A stretch of 64,000 nt of DNA from an uncultured Pelagibacteraceae bacterium (GCA_902554325.1 CACDOH010000002.1:72275-136274); one strand, 5' to 3'. Shown: positions 28,094-38,149, counted from the stretch's first letter. Notes: generated from the sequence alone by a model not told the origin. Made by a program: numbers and translations.

Positions 28094-29604
28094 TGACTGA
28101 AGCAAACTATCTTTTTGATAAAATCTTTAAATCTAATGAAACTAAGGAAAAAATATTTTTAATTAATAAGTGTAAAAAATTAAGCTACATAGAATTTCAT
28201 GAGGTAGTTAATAAAATCTCTAATTATCTAATAGAAATTAATTTGTCTCCAGGTGACCGCGTTGCAGTCCAAGCAGAAAAAAATATAATTCAATTAGCAT
28301 TATATGTCGCTACTATCAAAGCTGGTGGTGTATATTTACCGCTCAATACAGGATATACTCTCAATGAGTTAGAATATTTTTTTGATGATGCAAAACCTAA
28401 GGTGATTGTTGTTGATGATAAAATTCAAAGCAAAATAGATAGCATTGCAAGCACTTCATCAGCTTCAATCCTAACATTAAATTTAGATGAAAGTGGCTCT
28501 CTTACCGAAAGAATTAAGAACCACCCAACAAAGTTTCACGCTATTGCTCGAAGTGAAAATGACTTAGCAGCTATTTTGTATACATCGGGAACTACTGGAA
28601 AATCAAAAGGCGCGATGTTATCGCATAGAAATTTAGTTTCTAACTCAGAAGTTTTAAGAGATTTTTGGAAATTTACAGAGAGTGACGTGCTCTTGCATAT
28701 GCTACCGATCTATCACACACACGGTCTCTTTGTCGCTTGTAATCTATTGGCAATTGTTGGTGGATCAATGATTTTTTTAGAAAAATTTGATGTTAAAGAA
28801 GCTATGTTCTGGATGAAAGATTCAACTTCAATGATGGGAGTGCCTACTTTTTACACAAGACTGCTAGCAAGTGAAGAGTTAAATGCTGAACGTACTAAAC
28901 ATATGCGACTATTTATTTCAGGTTCTGCACCCCTGTTATCTGAAACTCATATAGATTTTGAAAAACGAACTGGTAAAAAAATTCTTGAGAGATATGGAAT
29001 GACAGAAACTAATATGAATATTTCAAATCCATATGACGGAGAGAGAAAAGCGGGAACGGTTGGCATTCCGCTTCCTGGCATTGAAATTAGGGTAGTTAAT
29101 GAGGAGGGAAAAGAAGTAGAAAATGGAAAAATAGGTACCATTGAACTCAAGGGTGAAAATGTTTTTCAAGGATATTGGAAAATGAAAGAAAAAACAGAAG
29201 AGGCATTTAGGGAAGATGGCTTTTTTATAACAGGCGATCTCGCACAAAAGGACGAAAACGGTTATTTTACTATTGTTGGAAGAGATAAGGATATGATTAT
29301 AAGTGGTGGGCTAAATGTTTACCCTAAAGAAATAGAAGACGTGTTAAATGAATTGCCAAATGTATTAGAGTCTGCCGTTTTTGGATTACAACATGCTGAT
29401 TTTGGTGAGGCAGTTGTTGCAGCTGTTGTCGTAAATGATGATAAAAAAGATGAAAATCAAATAATTGAATTTACAAAAGACAAAATTGCTAAATATAAGC
29501 AGCCAAAAAAAATTATTTTCATGGATAGCTTGCCAAGGAATTCAATGGGCAAAGTTCAAAAAAATTTATTACGGAAAAATAATCAGAATTTATTTAAGGG
29601 TTAG
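28093..29604 (+). CDS. malonyl-CoA synthetase-like AMP-binding enzyme (MatB-like)
   Basis: SPGDRVAVQAEKN, GGVYLPLNTGYTLNELEYFFDDAKPKV, YTSGTTGKSKGA, GRDKDMIISGGLNVYP, PRNSMGKVQK. N-terminal blocks resemble my recollection of rhizobial MatB. The start overlaps the upstream stop by 1 nt. Confidence 0.75.
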   Translation: MTEANYLFDKIFKSNETKEKIFLINKCKKLSYIEFHEVVNKISNYLIEINLSPGDRVAVQAEKNIIQLALYVATIKAGGVYLPLNTGYTLNELEYFFDDAKPKVIVVDDKIQSKIDSIASTSSASILTLNLDESGSLTERIKNHPTKFHAIARSENDLAAILYTSGTTGKSKGAMLSHRNLVSNSEVLRDFWKFTESDVLLHMLPIYHTHGLFVACNLLAIVGGSMIFLEKFDVKEAMFWMKDSTSMMGVPTFYTRLLASEELNAERTKHMRLFISGSAPLLSETHIDFEKRTGKKILERYGMTETNMNISNPYDGERKAGTVGIPLPGIEIRVVNEEGKEVENGKIGTIELKGENVFQGYWKMKEKTEEAFREDGFFITGDLAQKDENGYFTIVGRDKDMIISGGLNVYPKEIEDVLNELPNVLESAVFGLQHADFGEAVVAAVVVNDDKKDENQIIEFTKDKIAKYKQPKKIIFMDSLPRNSMGKVQKNLLRKNNQNLFKG

Positions 29605-30586
29605 CTCTTATCCAATTATTTATTTCTTCAACAAATAGTTCGTCTTGAGGAGAGTTAAGAATTCCAATTATATCATGATAGTTGAAACCGCCTAAGTTAG
29701 TATTGTTATTAATTATTTTCTTAGGTCCTTTCCACTCTTTAAATATCTTTTTAACTCCTTCAGCTTTTACAACCTTATCTTTTTCTTCGTAAAAGACCAA
29801 AAGAGGCAGATTTGTTTTTGGAAATTCAAGATTTCTTCCAGAATAAGCAGCTTTCCAAAGTTGTTTTGGAAGCGTTCTGTGAAATTCATTAACCCAAAAA
29901 GGATCCCATTCTTTATTTGGCAAACTAAAATAACCAGGAAAATTGAATTTATAATTACTTTTAAAAAATAATCCTGTGGCTGCTATGAAATACGGAAGCG
30001 AAAGTTTTGGGGTCCAAGGTGCAATGAGCACTAAATGACTAACTTTCTCCAACATTTTCTTGTCCTTAGCTGCCATTAATGCGAACGAACCCCCAGCTGA
30101 GAAACCCATCAATATCACTTTCTCGCCTATTTTATTGCCTACTGAAATAGCCTCAGCAGCATCTTCGAGGAAATTTTCAGCTTTTACATTTTTTGTAGAT
30201 TCAAATCCTGACCCATGTCCGGCAAGTCTTGATATAAATAAATTAGCCTTCAATTTTTCTGCAACTTTTACTAAGACATCTTCTTGCTGATATCCTGTAG
30301 CAAAACTTCCGTGAAGATAAACAATTGAATATTCAGTTTTAATTTTTGCATCGTTATTCCATATTATTTTCTTCTTTGCTTTTGCATTAGTATTCTCAAA
30401 GTCTAATTCTTTTTCAGCAATGTATCTTTCTACATCTTTACCTATAGTAATTTCAGGGAAACTTACTTTTATTGTATTGAATAAATAAGGCAAAGTTACA
30501 CCAACAATGAAGAGAAGGGGGATTATTAAAATAATAGAAGCTATAACCAAGACTCGATAAATCTTAAATCTGGTCGCTCTAGACAT
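29594..30586 (-). CDS. membrane-anchored alpha/beta hydrolase
   Basis: N-terminal TM helix; HGS oxyanion region; nucleophile elbow GFSAGG. Confidence 0.7.
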   Translation of the reverse strand: MSRATRFKIYRVLVIASIILIIPLLFIVGVTLPYLFNTIKVSFPEITIGKDVERYIAEKELDFENTNAKAKKKIIWNNDAKIKTEYSIVYLHGSFATGYQQEDVLVKVAEKLKANLFISRLAGHGSGFESTKNVKAENFLEDAAEAISVGNKIGEKVILMGFSAGGSFALMAAKDKKMLEKVSHLVLIAPWTPKLSLPYFIAATGLFFKSNYKFNFPGYFSLPNKEWDPFWVNEFHRTLPKQLWKAAYSGRNLEFPKTNLPLLVFYEEKDKVVKAEGVKKIFKEWKGPKKIINNNTNLGGFNYHDIIGILNSPQDELFVEEINNWIRANP

Positions 30587-30962
30587 TTACACTTGTATAT
30601 GAACAAATTTTATTTCCATCTGGATCTCTTACATAAGCATAATAAACGTCACTATCATGTGGTCGAAATCCAGGATTTCCCTCATTTGTCGCTCCAAGAC
30701 CAAGGGCAATTTGGTGAAATTTTTCTACTTGCTCTTTTGTTTTGGTAAGAAAAGATATTTGTGTACCATTTCCAAATGTAACAGGCTCTCCATTAGCAGG
30801 TTTGGTAATATAGAATTCTACATCTGCATTTCCTTCATGAGCGTAACCTATGCAAACTTCATCTTCATACATTGAACCCATTCCTAAGACAGCTAGAACT
30901 TCATCATAGAAGGCTCTGGAAGTATTTAAATTGCTTGATCCAACCATAACGTACCCTTTCAT
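30579..30962 (-). CDS. VOC (glyoxalase/bleomycin resistance/dioxygenase) family protein
   Basis: 127 aa with FYDEVLAVLG and the C-terminal YVRDPDGNK motif typical of the VOC fold. Confidence 0.7.
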   Translation of the reverse strand: MKGYVMVGSSNLNTSRAFYDEVLAVLGMGSMYEDEVCIGYAHEGNADVEFYITKPANGEPVTFGNGTQISFLTKTKEQVEKFHQIALGLGATNEGNPGFRPHDSDVYYAYVRDPDGNKICSYTSVNV

Positions 30963-30974
30963 ATTAAATCCTTT

Positions 30975-32138
30975 CTATGAATATTTTTTTGAGGTTACTT
31001 CTTCAAGCATGAGTATCATTTTAGTTTTATACTCTTCATCTGTAGCTGAGTCAGTTTCTAAAACAGAAAAAAAACCTGCCACAACATTAGTTTCTAAATT
31101 AATCATTAAAAACTGTCCTCCATATCCAGAATGCCCAATCCAATTATTCGATTTCATTGTTTGATTTGCATAATAAACATATTTACCACCTTTTAAGTGC
31201 ATATATTTTGGACCTTTATTAGATACAGTTTCGTTAATAAATTTCTCAGAGCCGATAATTCTATCTCTTATTCCTCTGCCTCTCCTTGAGAATAAGAGGC
31301 CCATACGTAAAAAATCTCTTGTCATTAGGCAACCTCCACCAGATAACCAAGGCATTCCACCTCTATCAGTTGCCATATACAAGCCATCTTCAAAACCCAT
31401 GGCTTCAACAGAAGAAAGAAGCCAGTCACGCAATTTCCGATCACTTATTTTTTCGATTAATAGTGCAATAACATCACTGTTTGCTGACTTATAATATGCA
31501 TTATCTGTATTATTTGCTACGGAACCACTCACATCTGTTTCAATTTTATTTAGAAAATCTTCTTGTAAGACTTCATTCGTACCGTCACCTGGTATTCGCC
31601 AGCCACCCACAGTTTCGTGCATAAATGATGTTGAATAAGGATCAGTATAATCTTCAGTGAAAGCATTAACTATATTCATGTTTAAAACATTTTGAACAGT
31701 TGCCTTGGCGTAACCACTTCCAATATTGGGCAGATAATATGAAATAGGTTTTTCTAATTGCAATTTGCCTTTTTCCAAAAGCTCACCAACAAATAAATTA
31801 AGAAACATTTTTGAGATTGACATGATTGTTTGTGGCTGCGAAGAAGAGAAATCTTCCGCGTATTTCTCATAAAATACATCTTGATCTCTTCCTACAATTA
31901 GAGAGCAAAACGATTTATGACTAGTCATTTCCTTTACTGATGATATTCCTTGAATTTCATTTTTGGTATTTTCATTTAATGTCAGAACATAATCTGACCT
32001 TAATAAAATTCCGTATCTATTAATTTTGTGAAGGTTTCTATAGCCAATCCTACGATACTCGGGAAGATTCCATTTGGCCTTATTATCACTTAAAGTTACA
32101 AGAGTTGGATTTGGAGTGTGAGTCAGCTTATTATTCAT
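30975..32138 (-). CDS. beta-lactamase-family serine hydrolase (esterase / D-aminopeptidase-like)
   Basis: SxxK motif in IMSISKMF; HSGYGGQ near the C-terminus; about 387 aa. Confidence 0.65.
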   Translation of the reverse strand: MNNKLTHTPNPTLVTLSDNKAKWNLPEYRRIGYRNLHKINRYGILLRSDYVLTLNENTKNEIQGISSVKEMTSHKSFCSLIVGRDQDVFYEKYAEDFSSSQPQTIMSISKMFLNLFVGELLEKGKLQLEKPISYYLPNIGSGYAKATVQNVLNMNIVNAFTEDYTDPYSTSFMHETVGGWRIPGDGTNEVLQEDFLNKIETDVSGSVANNTDNAYYKSANSDVIALLIEKISDRKLRDWLLSSVEAMGFEDGLYMATDRGGMPWLSGGGCLMTRDFLRMGLLFSRRGRGIRDRIIGSEKFINETVSNKGPKYMHLKGGKYVYYANQTMKSNNWIGHSGYGGQFLMINLETNVVAGFFSVLETDSATDEEYKTKMILMLEEVTSKKYS

Positions 32139-33555
32139 TTATTATATTGGGTTGTATTTTTGAACGATTAAAAACTTCTTCATAGCACTTTCCAACATGA
32201 ATCACTTTTGCATCTGATTTGTTTTTACCAATTAATTGCATTCCCATCGGAAGTCCCTTTTCATTAAAGCCAACAGGGACTGAAATGGTAGGTAGTTGGA
32301 ACATACTCGCAAATACTGTGACTTCCATCCATCGATGATATGTGTCCATTTGAGTTTCTTGGATATTTTTTGGGAAATCTATTTCTTTATCAAATGGAAA
32401 TAGTTGGGCAGAAGGCAAAGCGAGAAAGTCGTATTTATCAAATAGGCTTTCAACATAAGAACGATCCTTTAAATAATAATCTATAGCATTGGAAATATCA
32501 GACTCTTTTATTTTTTCTCCTTGTTCATATTCCCATTTGACAGGAAAGCCTAACTCTTCAAAATTTTGAATGCGCATAGAAGATAGATCATCAAATGTTA
32601 TTTTTGATCTTAGATTACACCATACTTCCCATAATTTATTAGGATCTATATTTATATTGCATCGCTCTATTGATATTTTCTTTTCTGCAGAAGCAAATTG
32701 ATTTAATGCAATCTCACATAATTCTATAATCCCTTTTTCAAAAGTATAATTTTCAACAAAGTTACTCAACCAGCCAATTTTTATTTCACTATTTAAATGT
32801 GTTTCAATTGATCGAAAGGAGCCTTCAAAACTGTAGGAATAATAATCCTCATCATCTATACCTGATACTGAATCCAAAAAAATACTTAAGTCTTCCGGAG
32901 TTCGAGCAATACCGCCGGGGGTTGTTAATACTGGGTATTTACTTTCTCCTCTTTTATCGGGAATGAGCCCAGGACTCGGTCTAAAACCATATAAATTTGT
33001 ATAAGCTGCAGGGTTTCTGCAAGACCCCATCATATCAGTCCCATCTGAAAATGGGATAAGGCAACTGGCTACAGCAGCCGATGCTCCTCCGCTGGAGCCG
33101 CCTGGTGATAGACTGAGGTTATATGGATTAGAAGTTGATTTAAATAACTTATTCTTTGTATGTGATCCTATTGCTAACTCTGCCATATTTGATTTCCCAA
33201 TAATAGTAGCACCCTGTTGCTTTAGATTTTTTACAATTAATGAGTCAGTCTTTGGAAATTCATTTTTATACTCAGGTATTCCATAAGTAGTTGGCAGCTC
33301 TTTGACATCAAATAATTCTTTAGTGGCAATTGGTAGCCCAAATAAAATTTGTTTAATTTTAATATCTTGTTTTAAGGAATCTTGCTCTTGAGCTTTTTTT
33401 ATAATCCAATCTCGATCCCTTAATGATACAATGGCGTTGAGTTGGGGATTGAGTTTGTCAATATTTGATAAGTATTCTTGAAAAAGCTCCTCTATTTTTA
33501 TTTCTTTTTTATTAATTAAATCAATTTGCTTCTGTAAAGATAATTGAGTAATCAT
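32131..33555 (-). CDS. amidase (amidase-signature family)
   Basis: GGSSGGASAAVA, Ser-cisSer-Lys signature region, GTDMMGSCRNPAA. Confidence 0.85.
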   Translation of the reverse strand: MITQLSLQKQIDLINKKEIKIEELFQEYLSNIDKLNPQLNAIVSLRDRDWIIKKAQEQDSLKQDIKIKQILFGLPIATKELFDVKELPTTYGIPEYKNEFPKTDSLIVKNLKQQGATIIGKSNMAELAIGSHTKNKLFKSTSNPYNLSLSPGGSSGGASAAVASCLIPFSDGTDMMGSCRNPAAYTNLYGFRPSPGLIPDKRGESKYPVLTTPGGIARTPEDLSIFLDSVSGIDDEDYYSYSFEGSFRSIETHLNSEIKIGWLSNFVENYTFEKGIIELCEIALNQFASAEKKISIERCNINIDPNKLWEVWCNLRSKITFDDLSSMRIQNFEELGFPVKWEYEQGEKIKESDISNAIDYYLKDRSYVESLFDKYDFLALPSAQLFPFDKEIDFPKNIQETQMDTYHRWMEVTVFASMFQLPTISVPVGFNEKGLPMGMQLIGKNKSDAKVIHVGKCYEEVFNRSKIQPNIINE

Positions 33556-33567
33556 TTTTGGAGCTTT

Positions 33568-34758
33568 TTATCGAGCTCCAAAAATGCTTGTCTTAACAAG
33601 TTCTCTTACATCATCCAATGTAGCAGCTCTCGGATTTGTGCCAAAAGCTGTATCTATCATCGACTTTTCAGATATTCTCTCGATGCAATCTTCTGGAACA
33701 CCAATTTCATTTAAGCCCCTTGGAATTTTAATCCTATCAAGTATTTTTTCAATATTCTCAATGAACTGACTTGATGAATGGTCAGTATATTGCATAGCCT
33801 GTGACATTCTTATTATTTTCTCCTCCATATCAGGAAGATTAAATCTAAGGACTGCAGGTAAAATAATTGCGTTAGTTAATCCGTGGTGAGTATTAAATTC
33901 AGCACCAACCATGTGGGCAATCGCATGCACAAGTCCAAGTCCCTTTATGAATGAAATGCCTCCTAGACATGAAGCTACCAGCATTGCACCGCGTGCTTCT
34001 AAATTATTCGGTTCTTCAACAACAGTTACAAGTGATTTGGAGATTAAATATAAACTCTCAAGTGCAGCTCCATCGCATAAAGGATGAAAACCCGGTACGC
34101 AATAACCTTCAATAGAGTGTATCATTGCGTCAGCACCAGTCCATGCAGTAAGATTTGACGGCAAACCCAAAGTAAGTTCTGGATCAAGTATGGCTATAGA
34201 GGGTTTGAGGTCGGGATGCATTATACAAAGTTTAATTCCTTGTTTTGTATCCGTAACCATTGCCGTACTCTCAGTTTCTGCACCAGTGCCTGCAGTTGTG
34301 GGTATTGTTATAAGTGGAGGAAATTTATTATTAGGACTAATTTTCTGAGGAGTTTTTTCCCATTCAAAATCAAATAACTCAATTTCATTATTGGCAGTTA
34401 GACAAATTGACTTTCCGCCATCCATTGCACTACCACCGCCAATGGCAATTATCGCATCATGATTATTATTTCTAAATAATTGTTTCCCCTCTGAAATTTC
34501 GTCGTCTCTTGGGTTAGGAGAAATCTTTGAATAAATACCTGAATTTACTTTTGCTTTTTTTAAAATTTCGACCAGCTTATCTATAAACGGAAGATTAACA
34601 CTTCCGCTATCTGTGACAATTAGAGGATTCTTTATTTGATTTTCATAGCAATAATTGCCGATTTCAGCAAATCTGCCCGGACCATACGCTATCGGCACCG
34701 GAAAACCCCAATCTTGTGGAGTTAGTATTTCCTCTTTGTCTAAAATAAAGAGTGTCAT
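33568..34758 (-). CDS. iron-containing (type III) alcohol dehydrogenase
   Basis: GGGSAMDGGK, TTAGTGAETE, HSIEG, HAIAHMVGAEFNTHHG. Confidence 0.85.
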   Translation of the reverse strand: MTLFILDKEEILTPQDWGFPVPIAYGPGRFAEIGNYCYENQIKNPLIVTDSGSVNLPFIDKLVEILKKAKVNSGIYSKISPNPRDDEISEGKQLFRNNNHDAIIAIGGGSAMDGGKSICLTANNEIELFDFEWEKTPQKISPNNKFPPLITIPTTAGTGAETESTAMVTDTKQGIKLCIMHPDLKPSIAILDPELTLGLPSNLTAWTGADAMIHSIEGYCVPGFHPLCDGAALESLYLISKSLVTVVEEPNNLEARGAMLVASCLGGISFIKGLGLVHAIAHMVGAEFNTHHGLTNAIILPAVLRFNLPDMEEKIIRMSQAMQYTDHSSSQFIENIEKILDRIKIPRGLNEIGVPEDCIERISEKSMIDTAFGTNPRAATLDDVRELVKTSIFGAR

Positions 34759-34777
34759 AATATAATTTTATATTTTC

Positions 34778-35821
34778 TTAAGACGATGTCATTGATTTTA
34801 AAACAATTGAGCGATCTATTTCACCAACGAGTTCACCACTGTTTGTATCAATTACTGGATAGGTTTTATCAGAGTCGGCAATCTGATTAATTAAATTATC
34901 AATTTTTGTATCACTTGCAATGCAATCATTACCTTTTGCAAACATAGCTTTAGTCTCTTCACAGCATTCAGTTCTTGCACATTTCCCTGCGCTTAAAACT
35001 TTATATTTCGGTACATCTTCAGTAAAATCTTTAACATACTGATCAATGGGATTTGCAACAATTTCTTCAGGTGTCCCAACTTGTGAAATTTCCCCATCTT
35101 TCATTATAGCAATATGATCTCCCATTTTAATTGCTTCCGAAAAATCATGAGTAATAAAAACCATTGTCTTTTGAACCAATTTTTGAATACTTAATAACTC
35201 ATCTTGCATTTCTCTTCTGATTAGAGGATCGAGTGCTGAAAATGGTTCATCAAAAATTAATATTTCAGGATCAACTGCAAGTGCCCTTGCTAATCCAACT
35301 CTTTGTTGCATGCCACCAGATAATTCTCTTGGATAATGTTGATCCCATCCGTCCAAGCCAACTAAGTTTAGTGTTTCCATAGATTTTTCTAATCTATCTT
35401 TTTTCTTTACGCCTCTGATTTCAAGACCGTAGCCAATATTTTCAATTACTCTCCTATGAGGAAAAAGCCCAAAGTGTTGAAAAACCATGCTCATTCTATT
35501 TCTTCGTAATTCTGTTAAATCCCTGTTGCTCATTGTGGTAACATCTTGACCATCAATACTAACTTGCCCCGCTGTTGGCTCGATTAATCTTGATAAGCAC
35601 CTAACCAGAGTTGATTTACCACTTCCAGAAAGTCCCATGACGACAAATGTCTCACCTTTTTGAACTGAGAAGGTTACATCTTTTACAGCTACTACGTGTC
35701 CAGTTTTTTCCTGTACCTCGCTTCTTGTCAGAGTTTTATCCAGATTTGAAAGGACATTTTTTTCGTTGGGTCCAAATACCTTCCAAATATCAGTGCATAC
35801 TATTTTATCGTTTTTTTCCAT
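34778..35821 (-). CDS. proV: glycine betaine/proline-type ABC transporter ATP-binding protein
   Basis: Walker A GLSGSGKST, signature LSGGMQQRV, Walker B ILIFDEPFSALD; C-terminal CBS-like regulatory tail. Confidence 0.9.
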   Translation of the reverse strand: MEKNDKIVCTDIWKVFGPNEKNVLSNLDKTLTRSEVQEKTGHVVAVKDVTFSVQKGETFVVMGLSGSGKSTLVRCLSRLIEPTAGQVSIDGQDVTTMSNRDLTELRRNRMSMVFQHFGLFPHRRVIENIGYGLEIRGVKKKDRLEKSMETLNLVGLDGWDQHYPRELSGGMQQRVGLARALAVDPEILIFDEPFSALDPLIRREMQDELLSIQKLVQKTMVFITHDFSEAIKMGDHIAIMKDGEISQVGTPEEIVANPIDQYVKDFTEDVPKYKVLSAGKCARTECCEETKAMFAKGNDCIASDTKIDNLINQIADSDKTYPVIDTNSGELVGEIDRSIVLKSMTSS

Positions 35822-35908
35822 TATTTATGAGTGATATATTTGCTGAATGTTATACTATGTTGAGGATTTTTGAATAACTTATTTTAATTTGTAAATTCTA
35901 AATTTATT

Positions 35909-38029
35909 ATGGCTTTTACTCAAGATACCTCTGCTTTCTCTTCAAAAAACAATTATCAGAATTTAATTATTCCAGGAATAATATTTGCTGCTCTACTATT
36001 TTCAATATGGCTAGTATTTCAAAGTGAAGACGTTTCTGAATTTCCAGTTTTTGTCACAGACTCTTTTACATTTACTGCTTGGGTTAATCAGGGTGAGGAT
36101 TTCTTAAAAGACAATATTAAAGTATATACTAGAGCAGTTGCTGCATACGTAAAAGAACTCTATTGGATGCTTGAAGATTTTCTTTTAGACTCGTCGTGGG
36201 TGTTTATTGTGGCGCTTCTACTTATACCTTCTCTTGCATTTGGTGGAATTAAACTTGGTTTCCTTGTTCTATTTGGGACTATGTATTGGGGAATGGTTGG
36301 ACTATGGGATTCTGCAATGGAAACTTTAGCTCTAATGGGGCTATCAGTATTTTTGTCAGTTGTAGTTGGGGTCATACTTGGTATTTTTTGTGCCTTAAGT
36401 GATCGATTTGAACGAAACATGAAGCCGGCTCTTGATGTTATGCAAGTGATGCCAGCCTTTGTATATCTCATACCAGCAATGTTTTTCTTTGGTATTGGTG
36501 GCGCCCCAGCAATACTTGCAACAATGATTTACTCAATGCCACCCATCATTCGTTTGACAAACTTGGGGATACGTCAAGTTCCAAATGAAACAATAGAGAC
36601 TGCGACTGCATTTGGCTCAACAAAAAGTCAGGTTCTGTTTAAAGTACAAATTCCACTCGCATTGCCTAGCATAATGATGGGCGTTAACCAGACAATTATG
36701 ATGGCTTTAGCTCTAGTTGTTTTAGCAACTTTTATTGGTGCACAAGGATTAGGCTCAGACATTTGGGTATCAATTAAAAAACTTGAAGTAGGTGCTGCAT
36801 TAGAAGGCGGCTTTTGTGTTTTGTTAATGGCCATTATGTTTGATAGATTTGGGAAGGCGGCCAGTCGAGAGACTGTAACGCTTCCAGTTGACAGCCAGAA
36901 GTTCTATCTTCTTCCTCAGACATGGGACATTTACCCTTTAGCAAGACAAATTGAGAAGCCATTAATGTACATTCATATTGCTGTGGCTTTTATATTTTCA
37001 AGTATTATTAGAATATTCTCTTTTGTAATTAATTTAGTAGTTTCATTATTTAATAAAGACTATGGAAGATTAATTGAACAATTCATAAATGCTCATTATT
37101 TCATGTTCTCAGGGATATTCATCTTATTGGGAATAATTTATTATGATTCAAATATTGCTACCATTGGAAGTTTTCCTGACTCATGGAACTTATCAATCAG
37201 AGATGAAATAGCAGCAGGCGTTAAGTCATTAACAGTAAACCCAACATTTATTGAAATAACTCGCTCAATCCGAGCTACGGTTGTGATTTATCTTTTAAGG
37301 CCTCTTGATACCTATCTAACTTATCTCCCTTATTGGTTCACAATCGGCGCATTAGTTTTAATGAGTTGGAAGGCTGTTGGCTTGAGATTTGCAATTGTGA
37401 CAACTTTTTTATTAGCTTTTATTGGAGCATGCAATATTTGGACCGAAGCGATGATTACTTTATCTTCAGTTCTAATCTCAGTTCTTTTATGTTTTGTGAT
37501 AGGGGTTCCAATTGGCATTATGGCCTCGTACAGTAAAAGATTTCAAAATATCAACGAGGTCATTTTAGATGCAATGCAAACACTGCCTTATTTCTGTTAT
37601 CTTGTTCCTGTTTTGATGTTCTTTGGTGGTGGATCATTTTCTGCATTACTTGCAACAATCATTTATGCGATACCTCCAATTATCCGACTTACGGTCTTAG
37701 GCTTGTCACAGGTATCAACAACATATTCAGAGGTATCGAGATCATTTGGAGGCTCAACGTTACAAACATTAAGTAAAATTAAATTTCCTCTTGCGGTACC
37801 AAGTTTGGTAATGGGTTTCAATCAAACAGTCATGATGGCTTTTGCAATGCAAATTGTCACACCTTTAATTGGAGGAAAAGGTCTTGGCCTTGAAGTTTTT
37901 AATGGCTTAGCTCGCTCTGATACGGGTAGAGCACTCGCAGCAGGTATTGGAATTTGCCTATTAGCAATGATAATTGACCGTATAAGCCTTGCTTATACAA
38001 AAAAACAAAGAGATGCCTTAGGTTTATAG
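35909..38029 (+). CDS. proW: fused tandem ProW-ProW betaine-type ABC permease (706 aa, two complete permease modules)
   Basis: Internal duplication visible by eye: ...MQVMPAFVYLIPAMFFFGIGGAPAILATMIYSMPPIIRLTNLGIRQV in half 1, ...MQTLPYFCYLVPVLMFFGGGSFSALLATIIYAIPPIIRLTVLGLSQV in half 2. Confidence 0.85.
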   Translation: MAFTQDTSAFSSKNNYQNLIIPGIIFAALLFSIWLVFQSEDVSEFPVFVTDSFTFTAWVNQGEDFLKDNIKVYTRAVAAYVKELYWMLEDFLLDSSWVFIVALLLIPSLAFGGIKLGFLVLFGTMYWGMVGLWDSAMETLALMGLSVFLSVVVGVILGIFCALSDRFERNMKPALDVMQVMPAFVYLIPAMFFFGIGGAPAILATMIYSMPPIIRLTNLGIRQVPNETIETATAFGSTKSQVLFKVQIPLALPSIMMGVNQTIMMALALVVLATFIGAQGLGSDIWVSIKKLEVGAALEGGFCVLLMAIMFDRFGKAASRETVTLPVDSQKFYLLPQTWDIYPLARQIEKPLMYIHIAVAFIFSSIIRIFSFVINLVVSLFNKDYGRLIEQFINAHYFMFSGIFILLGIIYYDSNIATIGSFPDSWNLSIRDEIAAGVKSLTVNPTFIEITRSIRATVVIYLLRPLDTYLTYLPYWFTIGALVLMSWKAVGLRFAIVTTFLLAFIGACNIWTEAMITLSSVLISVLLCFVIGVPIGIMASYSKRFQNINEVILDAMQTLPYFCYLVPVLMFFGGGSFSALLATIIYAIPPIIRLTVLGLSQVSTTYSEVSRSFGGSTLQTLSKIKFPLAVPSLVMGFNQTVMMAFAMQIVTPLIGGKGLGLEVFNGLARSDTGRALAAGIGICLLAMIIDRISLAYTKKQRDALGL

Positions 38030-38052
38030 ATATAATTTTTATATCTTTTTCT
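38028..38052 (+). terminator. weak AT-rich hairpin with a T-rich tail between the permease and SBP genes
   Basis: AGATATA-ATTTT-TATATCT followed by TTTTTCTTT. Low stability, so it may be chance. Confidence 0.25.
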
Positions 38053-38149
38053 TTATTTAAATTTTCAAATAAACTTCATAAACCAGTTTACTAATTGATC
38101 TTTTTCAGGCTAAAATTAATTATTAATTAATTAATAAAGGGGAAATTTA

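Noticed and set aside
38030-38149. The 120-bp AT-rich spacer between proW-proW and proX, as a separate regulatory RNA.
   Set aside because: Only a weak 7-bp A/T hairpin is present (listed as a low-confidence terminator). The rest is unstructured A/T sequence, consistent with an internal promoter plus RBS for high SBP expression.
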